The notes: generated by a model not told the origin, from the sequence alone. Positions 20,443-30,194 are shown, counted from the first letter of the stretch. The stretch is DNA of 64,000 nt from Candidatus Bathyarchaeota archaeon (GCA_963726255.1 CAVSBL010000002.1:2208001-2272000); one strand, 5' to 3'. Made by a program: numbers and translations.

Positions 20443-21141
20443 CTAGGCTGCCTCCAGTTCGATTTCTCTGGTGTTGTACAGTTTCGTTAACTCTCCTGTG
20501 CTCAGGTGCGTTAGTTGTTCAAGGTCTTCGTCGAAGAAGCCGCTCTTGATCTGTTGAAGTCGTTCTTGGAGGTGTTTCGATTTCGGAGCTAAGTGTGCTG
20601 CGTACAATCTTCTTGCGAGAATTGCAACGTAGTACTGAACTATTTCTGCGGGGCATCTTGTGGCGCAGAGCCCGCACATTATGCAATCGAATGAAAGGTC
20701 GGCTGCAGTGCTGATATCGCCGCGCATGGCAGCGCCCATGATGTCTATAACGGGCAGTTCCTGTGGGCAGGCGCGGGTACAGGTGTTGCACTGTAAACAT
20801 CGCATGACCTCGGGATAGAAACGGACAAGTGAAGACAGGTCGGCCGGAAGGTCCTTCACATTGTACTTGGCTTTGGTGGCGGGATGGAACGGAAGCATCG
20901 AGAATACCATCCCCTCCTTGACAGGTGTTTGGCATGCGAGCCCCGTGCGCAGCCTGTAATCTCCTTGAATTCTATACACCGTTGCGCAAGCACCGCAGAA
21001 ACCACTGCGACAACCGCACCCCCTCAGTAACCTGTATCCGAGCGTCTCCATAGCGGTCAGGATCGTCAGGTTCTCTGGGACGCGATACTGCTTGCCGAAA
21101 ACGTAGACTGTTAAATTCGACTTCGATTTCTCAGGTTCCAT
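20443..21141 (-). CDS. SdhB/TfrB-like iron-sulfur protein ([2Fe-2S] + 2x[4Fe-4S])
   Basis: CRSGFCGAC...LAC, CLQCNTCTRACP, CIMCGLCATRCP. Confidence 0.85.
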   Translation of the reverse strand: MEPEKSKSNLTVYVFGKQYRVPENLTILTAMETLGYRLLRGCGCRSGFCGACATVYRIQGDYRLRTGLACQTPVKEGMVFSMLPFHPATKAKYNVKDLPADLSSLVRFYPEVMRCLQCNTCTRACPQELPVIDIMGAAMRGDISTAADLSFDCIMCGLCATRCPAEIVQYYVAILARRLYAAHLAPKSKHLQERLQQIKSGFFDEDLEQLTHLSTGELTKLYNTREIELEAA

Positions 21142-21156
21142 TTGTTCTTCCTCGAA

Positions 21157-21543
21157 TTAACTCGAATTTCTCGGTGGGGTTCCTTTATCCACTAGGACAA
21201 TGGCGAAATCAGGGCAGATGTCCTCGCATACGCCGCAGCCAACACAAAGCGAACTGTCCCCAATCCGGGGCGGATGAACTCCGATCTGATTCAGCTTCGT
21301 TCCATGCTCGAACACCTTTCTCGGACAGAAGTTTATGCAGTAATTGCACCCCTTGCATCTGTCTTCGAGTATGAAAACGTCGACATCTCTAAGCTTCAAC
21401 ATCTGTTGGGGTGAGAGAGGAAGCCTAGACGGCTTAGCGGGGGTCCATTCCCTCACAAATCCCGTTATAACAGCGCCTGCGGTGTCTCGTTCAACGGCGC
21501 GGTCTACTTGCTGAGCAATGCTGCCCACTATGGGGAACCTCAC
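21157..21543 (-). CDS. korD: 2x[4Fe-4S] ferredoxin, 2-oxoglutarate:ferredoxin oxidoreductase delta-like
   Basis: CKGCNYCINFCP...GVHPP...CVGCGVCEDICPDFAI; start uncertain. Confidence 0.8.
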   Translation of the reverse strand: MRFPIVGSIAQQVDRAVERDTAGAVITGFVREWTPAKPSRLPLSPQQMLKLRDVDVFILEDRCKGCNYCINFCPRKVFEHGTKLNQIGVHPPRIGDSSLCVGCGVCEDICPDFAIVLVDKGTPPRNSS

Positions 21544-21693
21544 TTCGCGTCGTTTTCACATTCTAATCTAAATATAGAGATAGTTCTTGGAGTAAATACT
21601 ATGCATATTAAACGCACAAACGAAGGTACGTATTTACAGAAATCCGGTTAGTCCGTAGAACCCCATTTGAGATTTGGAGGTGCGGTGAGAGCT

Positions 21694-22827
21694 GTGAGCG
21701 TGCGAAGCATTAGTGGCGAGTTCTTCATGTCAGGTAACAATGCCTGCGCAGAAGGGGCTGTCGCTGCGGGCTGTCGGTTCTTCGGAGGCTATCCGATCAC
21801 TCCATCCTCAGAGATCGCGGAGTACATGAGCAGACGCTTGCCGCAAGTCGGAGGGCACTATCTTCAGATGGAAGACGAGCTCGGCAGCATCGCTGCAGTT
21901 ATTGGCGCGTCGAATGCTGGCGTCAAGAGCATGACGGCGACATCAGGGCCTGGATTCTCTCTGATGATGGAGAACATAGGGTTGGGCATAATCACCGAAA
22001 CTCCATGTGTCATCGTTAACGTCCAGCGAGGGGGACCCAGCACTGGAATTCCAACACTGATTGGACAAGGCGACATGATGCAGGTTCGGTGGGGGTCTCA
22101 TGGAGACTACGAAATCATCGCGTATTCACCCAACAGCGTCCAGGAAATGTTCGATCTCACAATCAAAGCCTTCAACATGGCCGAAAAATACCGGACCCCA
22201 ACATTTCTCATGGCTGACCAAATCGTAGCCCACATGACAAGTAGGCTTGTGATTCCTCCACCAGAAAAGATCGAAGTGATAGATCGAAAGAGGCAATCCA
22301 GATCCGAGCCGAATTTCCTACCTTTCGATTTCGCACAGGACTACGCACCGATGTGTGTGGCTGGCGAGGGCTTTCGTGTTAATGTTGACAGCCTCACACA
22401 TGATGAACGCGGATATCCCTCTTTGGACAACGCCGTTTCTGAAAGAATGCTGAATCATCTAATCGGGAAGATCCTGAATCACGTAGACGACATAGTGCAG
22501 GTCGAACATTACTTGACTGAAGACGCGGAAACAGTCATCGTAGCTTACGGTTCAACATCTAGGTCGGCGCTCCGCGTCGTCAACGAGGCTCGCCAGCAGG
22601 GAAGAAAAGTCGGGCTTCTGAGGTTGATTACGCCTTGGCCTTTTCCATCAAAGGAAATTGAAAGACTCAGCGAGAAATCCAAGAGAATGATTGTGCCAGA
22701 GGTCAACTACGGACAGATTGAACATTTGGTTAGAGAATTTGCGGAATGCCCAGTTATAGGCGTGCACCATCCCGCTGGTTCTCTCATTCCTCCCGAGAAA
22801 ATCTACGCGGCTTTGGAGGTTTTGTAG
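21694..22827 (+). CDS. korA: 2-oxoacid (probably 2-oxoglutarate):ferredoxin oxidoreductase alpha
   Basis: GYPITPSSE, QMEDE, TATSGPG, QRGGPSTG, WGSHGD; GGAGGTG upstream. Confidence 0.9.
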   Translation: MSVRSISGEFFMSGNNACAEGAVAAGCRFFGGYPITPSSEIAEYMSRRLPQVGGHYLQMEDELGSIAAVIGASNAGVKSMTATSGPGFSLMMENIGLGIITETPCVIVNVQRGGPSTGIPTLIGQGDMMQVRWGSHGDYEIIAYSPNSVQEMFDLTIKAFNMAEKYRTPTFLMADQIVAHMTSRLVIPPPEKIEVIDRKRQSRSEPNFLPFDFAQDYAPMCVAGEGFRVNVDSLTHDERGYPSLDNAVSERMLNHLIGKILNHVDDIVQVEHYLTEDAETVIVAYGSTSRSALRVVNEARQQGRKVGLLRLITPWPFPSKEIERLSEKSKRMIVPEVNYGQIEHLVREFAECPVIGVHHPAGSLIPPEKIYAALEVL

Positions 22828-22828
22828 A

Positions 22829-23701
22829 ATGGCTCAGGTTGAGGTTCCCAGCGAATTTGAAACAATGAAACCCACAAACCCGAAAGATGAGATGTTGCGA
22901 GCTGATAGGTTACCACACATCTGGTGCCCAGGATGCGGGTTGGGAATCATTCTCGGCTGCCTGGTTGAGGCTATCAGAGGTTCTAATATTCCGCGGGACA
23001 AACATGTGATTGTTTCGGGAATTGGTTGCACCTCTAGAATTCCTGGCTACTTGAACTTGGACACATACCACACAACTCATGGAAGAGCTATTCCGTTTGC
23101 AACGGGCATCAAAATTGCAAATCCCGAACTTGAGGTAACCGTCATCGCTGGAGATGGAGACCTGTTCAACATCGGTGGCAATCACCTGATACATGCTATC
23201 AGACGAAACGTTGACTTGAATATCTTCTGTGTAAACAACTTCAATTACGGAATGACAGGCGGTCAGTTCGGAGCAACTACGCCGACAGGGGCAAAGACAC
23301 GCACGAGTCCTTACGGCAATTTCGAAGCTTCCTTCAACATACCGTACATGGTCGCTGCAGCCGGAGCTCCATTCGTCGCGAGATGGACGGCGCTGCACAC
23401 GAGGCAATTACTGAAGACAATGTCCAGAGCGTTCCAAGTTCGGGGATTGGCATTCGTGGAAATAATCTCACCCTGTCCTCCCACCTTTGGCGATTTGAAC
23501 AACTTCGAAGACGCCCTAGCCATGATGCAATACTTCAGGACCTGCTCACGAGTGGACGATAATGCGAAACTTGGCGAGATCGGTCTTTCTATGAAACCCC
23601 CAGACCCAATCGTCGTGGGTAACTTCGTCGACGTCAAGAAACTTACCTATGGCGAAGTTGAACGCGAAGCTATCAAAAAAGTGATGAGCCGGTCAAAATG
23701 A
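22829..23701 (+). CDS. korB: 2-oxoacid:ferredoxin oxidoreductase beta
   Basis: WCPGCG, SGIGC, HTTHGR, GDGD...NN, SPCP. Confidence 0.9.
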   Translation: MAQVEVPSEFETMKPTNPKDEMLRADRLPHIWCPGCGLGIILGCLVEAIRGSNIPRDKHVIVSGIGCTSRIPGYLNLDTYHTTHGRAIPFATGIKIANPELEVTVIAGDGDLFNIGGNHLIHAIRRNVDLNIFCVNNFNYGMTGGQFGATTPTGAKTRTSPYGNFEASFNIPYMVAAAGAPFVARWTALHTRQLLKTMSRAFQVRGLAFVEIISPCPPTFGDLNNFEDALAMMQYFRTCSRVDDNAKLGEIGLSMKPPDPIVVGNFVDVKKLTYGEVEREAIKKVMSRSK

Positions 23702-24255
23702 CACGACATGAGATCAGACTTCACGGTCTGGGAGGCCAAGGCATAATCTCCGCCGGCCGCCTGATTGGAGAAGCGGCGTCCGTTCGTGAACGTAAAGAAG
23801 CGGTGATGACGGAGGATTACAGCCCGTATATAACTGGCGGATGGTCAAGGGCAGACCTCATAATTTCGGACGAACCCATCGACTACCCGCTCGTCACACG
23901 GCCGAACATCTTAGTTGCAATGTCGCAAGACGGTTTTGACGACAACTGGAAGAGTACAGCACCCGATGCTACAATAATTGTTGAAAAGGGAATGGTCAAA
24001 ACCTGCCCAGTGGAAGGTCGCAAACTGTTCTCAGTCCCGGCACTTAGCGTCGCTGAAGAACTCGGAAAACGTGTCGTAGCGAACATAGTTATCCTAGGTT
24101 TTCTCGCGGCGAAAACTCACGTCGTGAGCCCCGAGTCCTTGCAAGCCGCAATTCTCGCAAGGTATCCGAAGGCAGGTGACCTGAATCGAAAGGCCTTCCA
24201 AAGCGGCGCCGGACTCGCATCAAAGACAGAGAAACTGCTGGAGCTAACACACTGA
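23698..24255 (+). CDS. 2-oxoacid:ferredoxin oxidoreductase gamma
   Basis: EIRLHGLGGQG, ISDEPIDYP, ANIVILG; ATGA-type coupling next to korB. Confidence 0.9.
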   Translation: MTRHEIRLHGLGGQGIISAGRLIGEAASVRERKEAVMTEDYSPYITGGWSRADLIISDEPIDYPLVTRPNILVAMSQDGFDDNWKSTAPDATIIVEKGMVKTCPVEGRKLFSVPALSVAEELGKRVVANIVILGFLAAKTHVVSPESLQAAILARYPKAGDLNRKAFQSGAGLASKTEKLLELTH

Positions 24256-24313
24256 ATGGATGGAGGGGAGGTGAATTACTGTAGACTCTGGGCGAGCCGA
24301 CGGCGCGCTCGAA

Positions 24314-24508
24314 TTGGAAACCCAGGAACCTGGCCCCGCTGTCGTCATAGGAGCGGGACGAGCACCATCAGTCTTGAGTCGATGTGAAAACTGCTACGAA
24401 TACTGGAATCGAAAGTGTGAGCGATGCTCGCGTTGCGGGACAGCAAGATTCACGCCATGCCTGCACTGCGATTTCGGTCTAAGACGTTCGCGAGGACGGA
24501 CTAGCTAA
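24314..24508 (+). CDS. Cys-rich microprotein 1
   Basis: RCENC-x7-CERCSRCG-x5-PCLHC; paralog immediately downstream; start uncertain. Confidence 0.7.
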   Translation: METQEPGPAVVIGAGRAPSVLSRCENCYEYWNRKCERCSRCGTARFTPCLHCDFGLRRSRGRTS

Positions 24509-24539
24509 CGATTGAAAGAAGAGTAGGGGGTGGAACAGT

Positions 24540-24686
24540 TTGACAAGAAACGGAAACACGATCGGAAGATGCGCAGAATGCAAAGATACCTACGGTGATG
24601 ATGAGTGTGCAATATGCACCCTCTGCGGGGCTGCCCCGCTTGATCCATGCTCACATTGCCCGCCTAGCCCAACGATGGGTGGTTGA
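24540..24686 (+). CDS. Cys-rich microprotein 2 (48 aa, absent from the ORF track)
   Basis: TTG start after GGGGTGG; MTRNGNTIGRCAECKDTYGDDECAICTLCGAAPLDPCSHCPPSPTMGG. Confidence 0.72.
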   Translation: MTRNGNTIGRCAECKDTYGDDECAICTLCGAAPLDPCSHCPPSPTMGG

Positions 24687-24790
24687 TCCTTCCCAGTAGG
24701 GTAGCTGACGAAAGACCAACAGTTTCCGGCTTAGGTTACGTTAGAGATGTTTCGGAATCTGTAAGCGACCCGGAGCTTCTCTCGGTGGGG

Positions 24791-25612
24791 CTACCTGAAT
24801 GACTTGAGTAGTTCCTTCATTTCCGTTTTCGTATCAATTCGGGTGCTGGGTTTGGCGGGCTCGGCTAAAGTGGGGCGTTTCTGCTTGAAGATTACCCCTA
24901 TGGGTATCTTGTCTTGTCTCCTGACTAGCTTCCATGCCGCATCCAGATCGGCTGAATCATGTTCCGAGCCGATCTCAATGACCTTCGGTGCCAGTTCTTT
25001 CCAAGTATCATGAAAGGTGGGACAGGGGTTGAGTACGTGTATCAGTGCGAAACCCTTGTGCACAATTCCTTTGGCTATTAACTGTGCCAGGTGGTTGGGT
25101 TTTCCAGGGAATCCCCGCCCCAAGAAGGACACGCCGTAGGCCAATGCCAATTTGCTGATGTCAAGTGGGTTCTCCGGATTTCCGTCAGGTGTTACCTTGG
25201 TTTTGTATCCCAACGGTGTCGTGGGTGACGGCTGACCCTTGGTCTGTCCATAGATGCCGTTGTCAAGGACGATGTATGCCATGTCGGGGTTTCTTCTGGC
25301 CGCATGCGGGACATGTCCTCCCCCGATGGCGAATGCGTCGCCGTCCCCTGCTATTCCAACGACGCAAAGTTCGGGTCTCGTCATGTTAATGCCTTGCGCG
25401 ATGGGTAGCACTCGGCCGTGAAGGGTGTGGAATCCGTATGTTCTGAAGTTGTGCGGGAAGCGGCCGTTACATCCAATCCCTGAAACTATTATCACATTTT
25501 CGTTTTTCAAACCAAGTTCGTGGAATGCCAAGTCAACAGACTTCAGGACACCGTAGTCCCCGCAACCCGGGCACCATGATGAGGTGTAATCGCTGCGGTA
25601 ATCGGCAACCAT
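24791..25612 (-). CDS. Second 2-oxoacid:ferredoxin oxidoreductase, beta
   Basis: WCPGCGD, SGIGC, HTLHGR, GDGD, YGQTKGQPSPT, NPCPTF. Confidence 0.92.
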   Translation of the reverse strand: MVADYRSDYTSSWCPGCGDYGVLKSVDLAFHELGLKNENVIIVSGIGCNGRFPHNFRTYGFHTLHGRVLPIAQGINMTRPELCVVGIAGDGDAFAIGGGHVPHAARRNPDMAYIVLDNGIYGQTKGQPSPTTPLGYKTKVTPDGNPENPLDISKLALAYGVSFLGRGFPGKPNHLAQLIAKGIVHKGFALIHVLNPCPTFHDTWKELAPKVIEIGSEHDSADLDAAWKLVRRQDKIPIGVIFKQKRPTLAEPAKPSTRIDTKTEMKELLKSFR

Positions 25613-25622
25613 CGCGGTCAAC

Positions 25623-27326
25623 CTACGCCAGCTCCTCGATTTTGCGCAAAATCTCATCAGCTCTAAACGGAAGCCCTTCGGACTTGTTGAATGAAACTGG
25701 TTCGATCGTGAAATTCATTCGCAGCAATTTCGCAAATTGGCCGGAGTAGTTCAATTCCGGAACCAAGACCTTCTTGAGGCCTTCGAGGAAGGTGGAGATC
25801 TGCTCCTTGGGAAGCGGGTTTAGGAGCTTGCATTGCAACCAGCGTACCCGAATCGATTTCTTCCTAGCACGCAAAACGGCATCATGGATCGCTCCCTGCG
25901 TCGAACCCCAGCCAATTACACCGACCTTGGCTTTGGAGTCCGGCAACTCCTTCACGTTTAGCGGGTCGTTCGCAAGTTCAATGGCTGCCGTCTCAAGCTT
26001 TCGAAATCGTTTCGCCGTCATTTCCGAATGCACCTGAGGTCGATAGCTAGGCCGACTATTCTCATCATGCTCGACACTCTCAGCAACGTACTCCCCATTG
26101 GCTTGCCCAGGTATCGACATGGGGGAAATTCCGTCATGGGTGACTGCGTACCTACGGAAAACGCTGCCAACAAGTTCTGCCCTTTCTCGGTCGATTACTC
26201 TTAGCGAGTCGAGGTCGGGGATGGGCATGCCTTCGGTGAGCTGGGCTAGTGATTGATCCGTGAGTAGAAGAACGGGAAGCTGATACCGCTCGGCCATATT
26301 GAATGCCCTTACGGTTTGATAGAAGCAGTCTTCAACATTTCCAGGAGCTATCACAATCCTAGGGACATCCCCGTGCCCACCATACAGTGCATGGTCTAGG
26401 TCCGATTGCTCGGTCTTAGTCGGTAACCCAGTGGATGGGCCACCTCTTTGCGCGTCAACTATCACAACCGGCACTTCAGCCATCGAGGCCATTCCAATCA
26501 TTTCGGTCATTAGGGAGAAACCTGGGCCGGAAGTTGCGGTCATCGATTTGGTTCCAGCGAAGGACGCGCCTATCGCTGCTCCAAGGGAAGCCATTTCATC
26601 TTCTCCTTGGAATACTCGACCTTCAAAACTTGGAAGGAAATTCGCCATTCCTTCAAGAATGTCGCTTGCTGGTGTGATGGGGTACCCCGCGTAGAAACGG
26701 CAACCGGCTGCAATAGCGCCTAACACTATCGCTTGATTGCCCGAGACTACTATCTTGTTAGGGATAGCTCTTGGAAAGTTCGAACTGATTTCCTTTGGTG
26801 CTAGGCCAAAGCCTAGGTCTACCGCTGCAATGTTTCTTTGGACGACTTCCTCTCCTCGCGACCCAAGCTTGCCTCTTACGACTTCTTCCAAGATGGCCTT
26901 TGAGACACCTACGTGGCCTGCGACGTATCCAGCTATGATCATGTTCTTTCCTTTCGGAAACGTAAGTTCGTTCTTTGCTAGGGAAGTGAAGGGAACGCCG
27001 AACGAGTGCTTAGGTAATGACGAGTATGTCTTCGGGGTCCGATCTGCGTCGAAGATCAGTTCCCCGGTAGGCTTCAAGTCCTTTGTATGAGAGGAAATGG
27101 CTTCCGTGTCGAATGCCACGAGAAGGTCTAGCAGATCTCCCTGGGAGTAGGCATGCCAGTCACTCGCCCTGAGCTGGTACATGCATGGGCCGCCGCGAAC
27201 CGAGGATGGATAGGTTCGAAAAGTGAATATCTTTAGTCCGGTTCGTGAGGCAGCGTAAGTTAGAACCTCTCCAGCCAGAATAACGCCATCGCCAGATTCG
27301 CCGGCCAGTCGAATGGTTAAATCCAA
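25623..27326 (-). CDS. Second 2-oxoacid:ferredoxin oxidoreductase, fused gamma-alpha
   Basis: AGESGDG, GYPITPAS, EDE, TATSGPG, QRGGPSTGLPT. Confidence 0.92.
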   Translation of the reverse strand: MDLTIRLAGESGDGVILAGEVLTYAASRTGLKIFTFRTYPSSVRGGPCMYQLRASDWHAYSQGDLLDLLVAFDTEAISSHTKDLKPTGELIFDADRTPKTYSSLPKHSFGVPFTSLAKNELTFPKGKNMIIAGYVAGHVGVSKAILEEVVRGKLGSRGEEVVQRNIAAVDLGFGLAPKEISSNFPRAIPNKIVVSGNQAIVLGAIAAGCRFYAGYPITPASDILEGMANFLPSFEGRVFQGEDEMASLGAAIGASFAGTKSMTATSGPGFSLMTEMIGMASMAEVPVVIVDAQRGGPSTGLPTKTEQSDLDHALYGGHGDVPRIVIAPGNVEDCFYQTVRAFNMAERYQLPVLLLTDQSLAQLTEGMPIPDLDSLRVIDRERAELVGSVFRRYAVTHDGISPMSIPGQANGEYVAESVEHDENSRPSYRPQVHSEMTAKRFRKLETAAIELANDPLNVKELPDSKAKVGVIGWGSTQGAIHDAVLRARKKSIRVRWLQCKLLNPLPKEQISTFLEGLKKVLVPELNYSGQFAKLLRMNFTIEPVSFNKSEGLPFRADEILRKIEELA

Positions 27327-27409
27327 ACCGTTTCATCGTGGGTTGGCAGGCATTCCGAGGGTTTTAGGCTCACTGTTGGTTCTCGGTACTGAATTTCCTT
27401 CCAGCCAAG

Positions 27410-28045
27410 CTATCGTTTCTTAACGAACAGAACCGAAGGGCTTAGGCCTATCCTCGTCCCGATGTCGTCGAGGATTTTCTGAAACCTAACGTGGGGAAGC
27501 CGGAGCCCTTTCCGCCCCTTTGGGGGATACGGGTCATTGAAAACCACCTGCTCTTCATCGGCATCGGTTACGACAATCCAATGTGGGATATTGAGCGAGT
27601 GGATGACTCCCATGTGGACAAGGGCTATGGGAACGTAGCCGTTACGAACTCCTCGTAGAATGTCTGAAACGACGGGTCGCTTGTATGTGACCGCTAAGTT
27701 CCTGCGTATAGCCCTCTGCTTATTGTCCCTCATGCCAAACATGCTGAGATCGATTTCTTCGGAGGAGAAATTCCTGAGCAGCCTTCGCTTCCACCGCTCA
27801 TAGTCCACACTTTTGTTTGATTGCGTTATCAACCGCACCTTGTAGCCCGCGTCGATTAATGGAACAGAGAGGCCGAACGGGTCGGCACCCTTTATGCCGA
27901 TCATGTTGCATTGGCGCCACACTTCAAATTCGAGTTCGCGGCCAATTTCTAGGTCCCGCTCGAAATGTTTCATTACCATTAGTACGCAGGCGGGGCCGCA
28001 AGTGAAGTCTGAGCTCTGCGCATAGTAAGGTACGTTGAACTTCAT
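27410..28045 (-). CDS. C39-like cysteine peptidase
   Basis: YYAQSSDFTCGPA, PHWIV, NDP (Cys-His-Asp). Confidence 0.85.
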   Translation of the reverse strand: MKFNVPYYAQSSDFTCGPACVLMVMKHFERDLEIGRELEFEVWRQCNMIGIKGADPFGLSVPLIDAGYKVRLITQSNKSVDYERWKRRLLRNFSSEEIDLSMFGMRDNKQRAIRRNLAVTYKRPVVSDILRGVRNGYVPIALVHMGVIHSLNIPHWIVVTDADEEQVVFNDPYPPKGRKGLRLPHVRFQKILDDIGTRIGLSPSVLFVKKR

Positions 28046-28093
28046 GTTTCTATCTCTGGTTAGTGCGAATCTGCCAAACAATCGACCATATCT

Positions 28094-29077
28094 TTAGCTC
28101 TTGAAATGTTCCCAGCCCTTCCTTGATACTTTAACCTCTCCTCCATCTAGCCGCAAACGTACTCCATTGGATTTCCTTGTAACGACGCCGATTGCCTTCA
28201 ATTCTCCGCGGGCAGCCTTCTGTGCAGACCTAAACCTTTCAGGGTTCACAGTGACAACGAGACAATACTCTTCGCCACCGTAGAGGGCGAGATCGATTGC
28301 CTTGTAGCGATGACGAGCTGCAAATTGCTCTGCTGCTTTGCTGAGGGGAACATGATCGATTCTTATCCCGACGCCACTCGCCTTCGACAACTCATGTAGG
28401 CTCCAAGCTAACCCGTCACTTGAATCGATGGAAGCAGTGAGAGCCCCCGAAGCACATAGCCTAAGACCGAGATCCAGTTGGGCGCGTGGATTGTAAACAG
28501 CCTGATACAACGGTCGCGGCAACCTATCGGGTCGGACCCTATGTTGGAGTAGTGACTTCAACCCGACCGAGGCTGCACCGAATTCACCGCTAACAGCAAC
28601 TATGTCGCCAACTCGTGCACCAGAACGAAGAACAAGCTGCCCTTTACGGGCGATTGCGAAGAGTGCTATGGATATTGTCAAATCATTCGATTCATTGGTG
28701 TCCCCACCCACAAGCGGGAATCGGTATTTCCTTGCGGCGCTACCTAGTCCAACGGCAATTTCTTGAACATCTTTCTTCGTCAGAGTGGCCGGCAGCCCTA
28801 ACGCGACGAGCCCAGCCAGGGGACGTGCACCTTTGGCTGCGAGGTCACTAACGTTCGCCACAACCGCTTTGTGAGCCGCCTGCCTCATTGTCATGCCTGG
28901 TGGGATATCGGTGCTGCCGACCAGCATGTCGGTCTTCAGCACTGCTACCTGTCCGTCCGCAAGTTTCACTGCGGAAACATCGTCGCCGAAACCAACAACA
29001 GTATTCCGACTGGTGTCCAGTGACCGCTCCAGCATACCAATTATGCGTAGTTCACCCAAGTCCCTAAGTGAAGGCAA
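28094..29077 (-). CDS. thiL: Thiamine-monophosphate kinase
   Basis: LGELRII, GDD, KTDML, NVSDLAAKG, GGDT, DSSDGL, GGEEY, GWEHF; start trimmed to avoid overlap with the kinase on the other strand. Confidence 0.93.
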   Translation of the reverse strand: MPSLRDLGELRIIGMLERSLDTSRNTVVGFGDDVSAVKLADGQVAVLKTDMLVGSTDIPPGMTMRQAAHKAVVANVSDLAAKGARPLAGLVALGLPATLTKKDVQEIAVGLGSAARKYRFPLVGGDTNESNDLTISIALFAIARKGQLVLRSGARVGDIVAVSGEFGAASVGLKSLLQHRVRPDRLPRPLYQAVYNPRAQLDLGLRLCASGALTASIDSSDGLAWSLHELSKASGVGIRIDHVPLSKAAEQFAARHRYKAIDLALYGGEEYCLVVTVNPERFRSAQKAARGELKAIGVVTRKSNGVRLRLDGGEVKVSRKGWEHFKS

Positions 29078-29174
29078 TTCCACCACGCCAATGCTTTGCC
29101 TATCTCTTACACTACGCATATTTTGAATAGTGGGATAACCCTGAGCAAGACGGGACAAAAGGAGGCGCCGGGAC

Positions 29175-30137
29175 TTGCCTGACGTAGTATGTCTGGGCGA
29201 AATTATGGTTGAACTTAACGCTGTCAACCGCGGCCCGCTAAGGGACGTCGGGCTCTTCGAGAAACATGCAGCCGGGGCTGAAGGAAACGTTGCAATCGGA
29301 GTCTCAAGGCTCGGGTGCAGTTCCGGGATTATTACGAGAGTTGGTGATGACGAGTTCGGACTTTTCCTCGTAGCCACGCTTAAGGGAGAAAACGTGGACA
29401 CCTCTCACATCACCGTCGACAACGAGTATCCGACAGCAATCTTCTTCATTCAACGTGGGTATCCGATTCCTGACAAGAGTGAAGCATACTACTATCGCCG
29501 CAATTCCGCCGGAAGCAAACTCAGCCCCAAAGACCTCGATTCAAATTACATTCGTTCAGCACGGGTTCTTCATGTCACCGGAATAACTCCCGCATTGAGC
29601 GAAAACGCCAAAGAGGCAACAACCGCAGCAGTGAAAATCGCGAAAGAAAACAAGGTCATCCTTTCACTAGATACGAACATCCGCCTCAAACTTTGGACAG
29701 CCGAAGCAGCTAGAATTGCTCTACTGCCGCTATGCAATATGGCGGATGTACTCTTCACGAGCATACCGGACGCTAAAATAATCCTAGGCCTTAACGAACC
29801 TGCAGAAATAGCGAGAGTTCTACACAAAAGCGGCGTCAAAACTGTAGTAATCAAACTTGGGGAAAAAGGAGCCTTTGCTAGCTCTAATGGCGAAGTCGTG
29901 ACTCAACCCATGATCCAGACAAGCGTTGAGGATCCTACTGGTGCAGGTGATTCTTTCGCAGCAACATTTCTGGCCACTCAGCTGAAGGGTTGGAAGCTGC
30001 AAGACAGCTTACGGGCATCTTTAGCGACAGCTGCGTTGGTTGTAGGCGTCAGGGGTGATTATGAGAACATACCAAGCATGGAAGCGTTACGAACTTTCCT
30101 CGACTTTGAAAAAGGTAAGACTGAGTACCTTCGTTGA
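29175..30137 (+). CDS. PfkB sugar kinase, 2-keto-3-deoxygluconate kinase-like
   Basis: GAEGNVAIG, VGDDEFG, YYR, DTNIRLKLW, DPTGAGDSF. Confidence 0.9.
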   Translation: MPDVVCLGEIMVELNAVNRGPLRDVGLFEKHAAGAEGNVAIGVSRLGCSSGIITRVGDDEFGLFLVATLKGENVDTSHITVDNEYPTAIFFIQRGYPIPDKSEAYYYRRNSAGSKLSPKDLDSNYIRSARVLHVTGITPALSENAKEATTAAVKIAKENKVILSLDTNIRLKLWTAEAARIALLPLCNMADVLFTSIPDAKIILGLNEPAEIARVLHKSGVKTVVIKLGEKGAFASSNGEVVTQPMIQTSVEDPTGAGDSFAATFLATQLKGWKLQDSLRASLATAALVVGVRGDYENIPSMEALRTFLDFEKGKTEYLR

Positions 30138-30194
30138 CGTCCAATGTAATATGACGTAGAGAATTTCAGAACGCGAGATGGCTCTTTGCGTCCT

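Noticed and set aside
29078-29401. N-terminal extension of the 435-aa ThiL ORF
   Set aside because: Overlaps the sugar kinase on the opposite strand; ThiL similarity begins near 29077.
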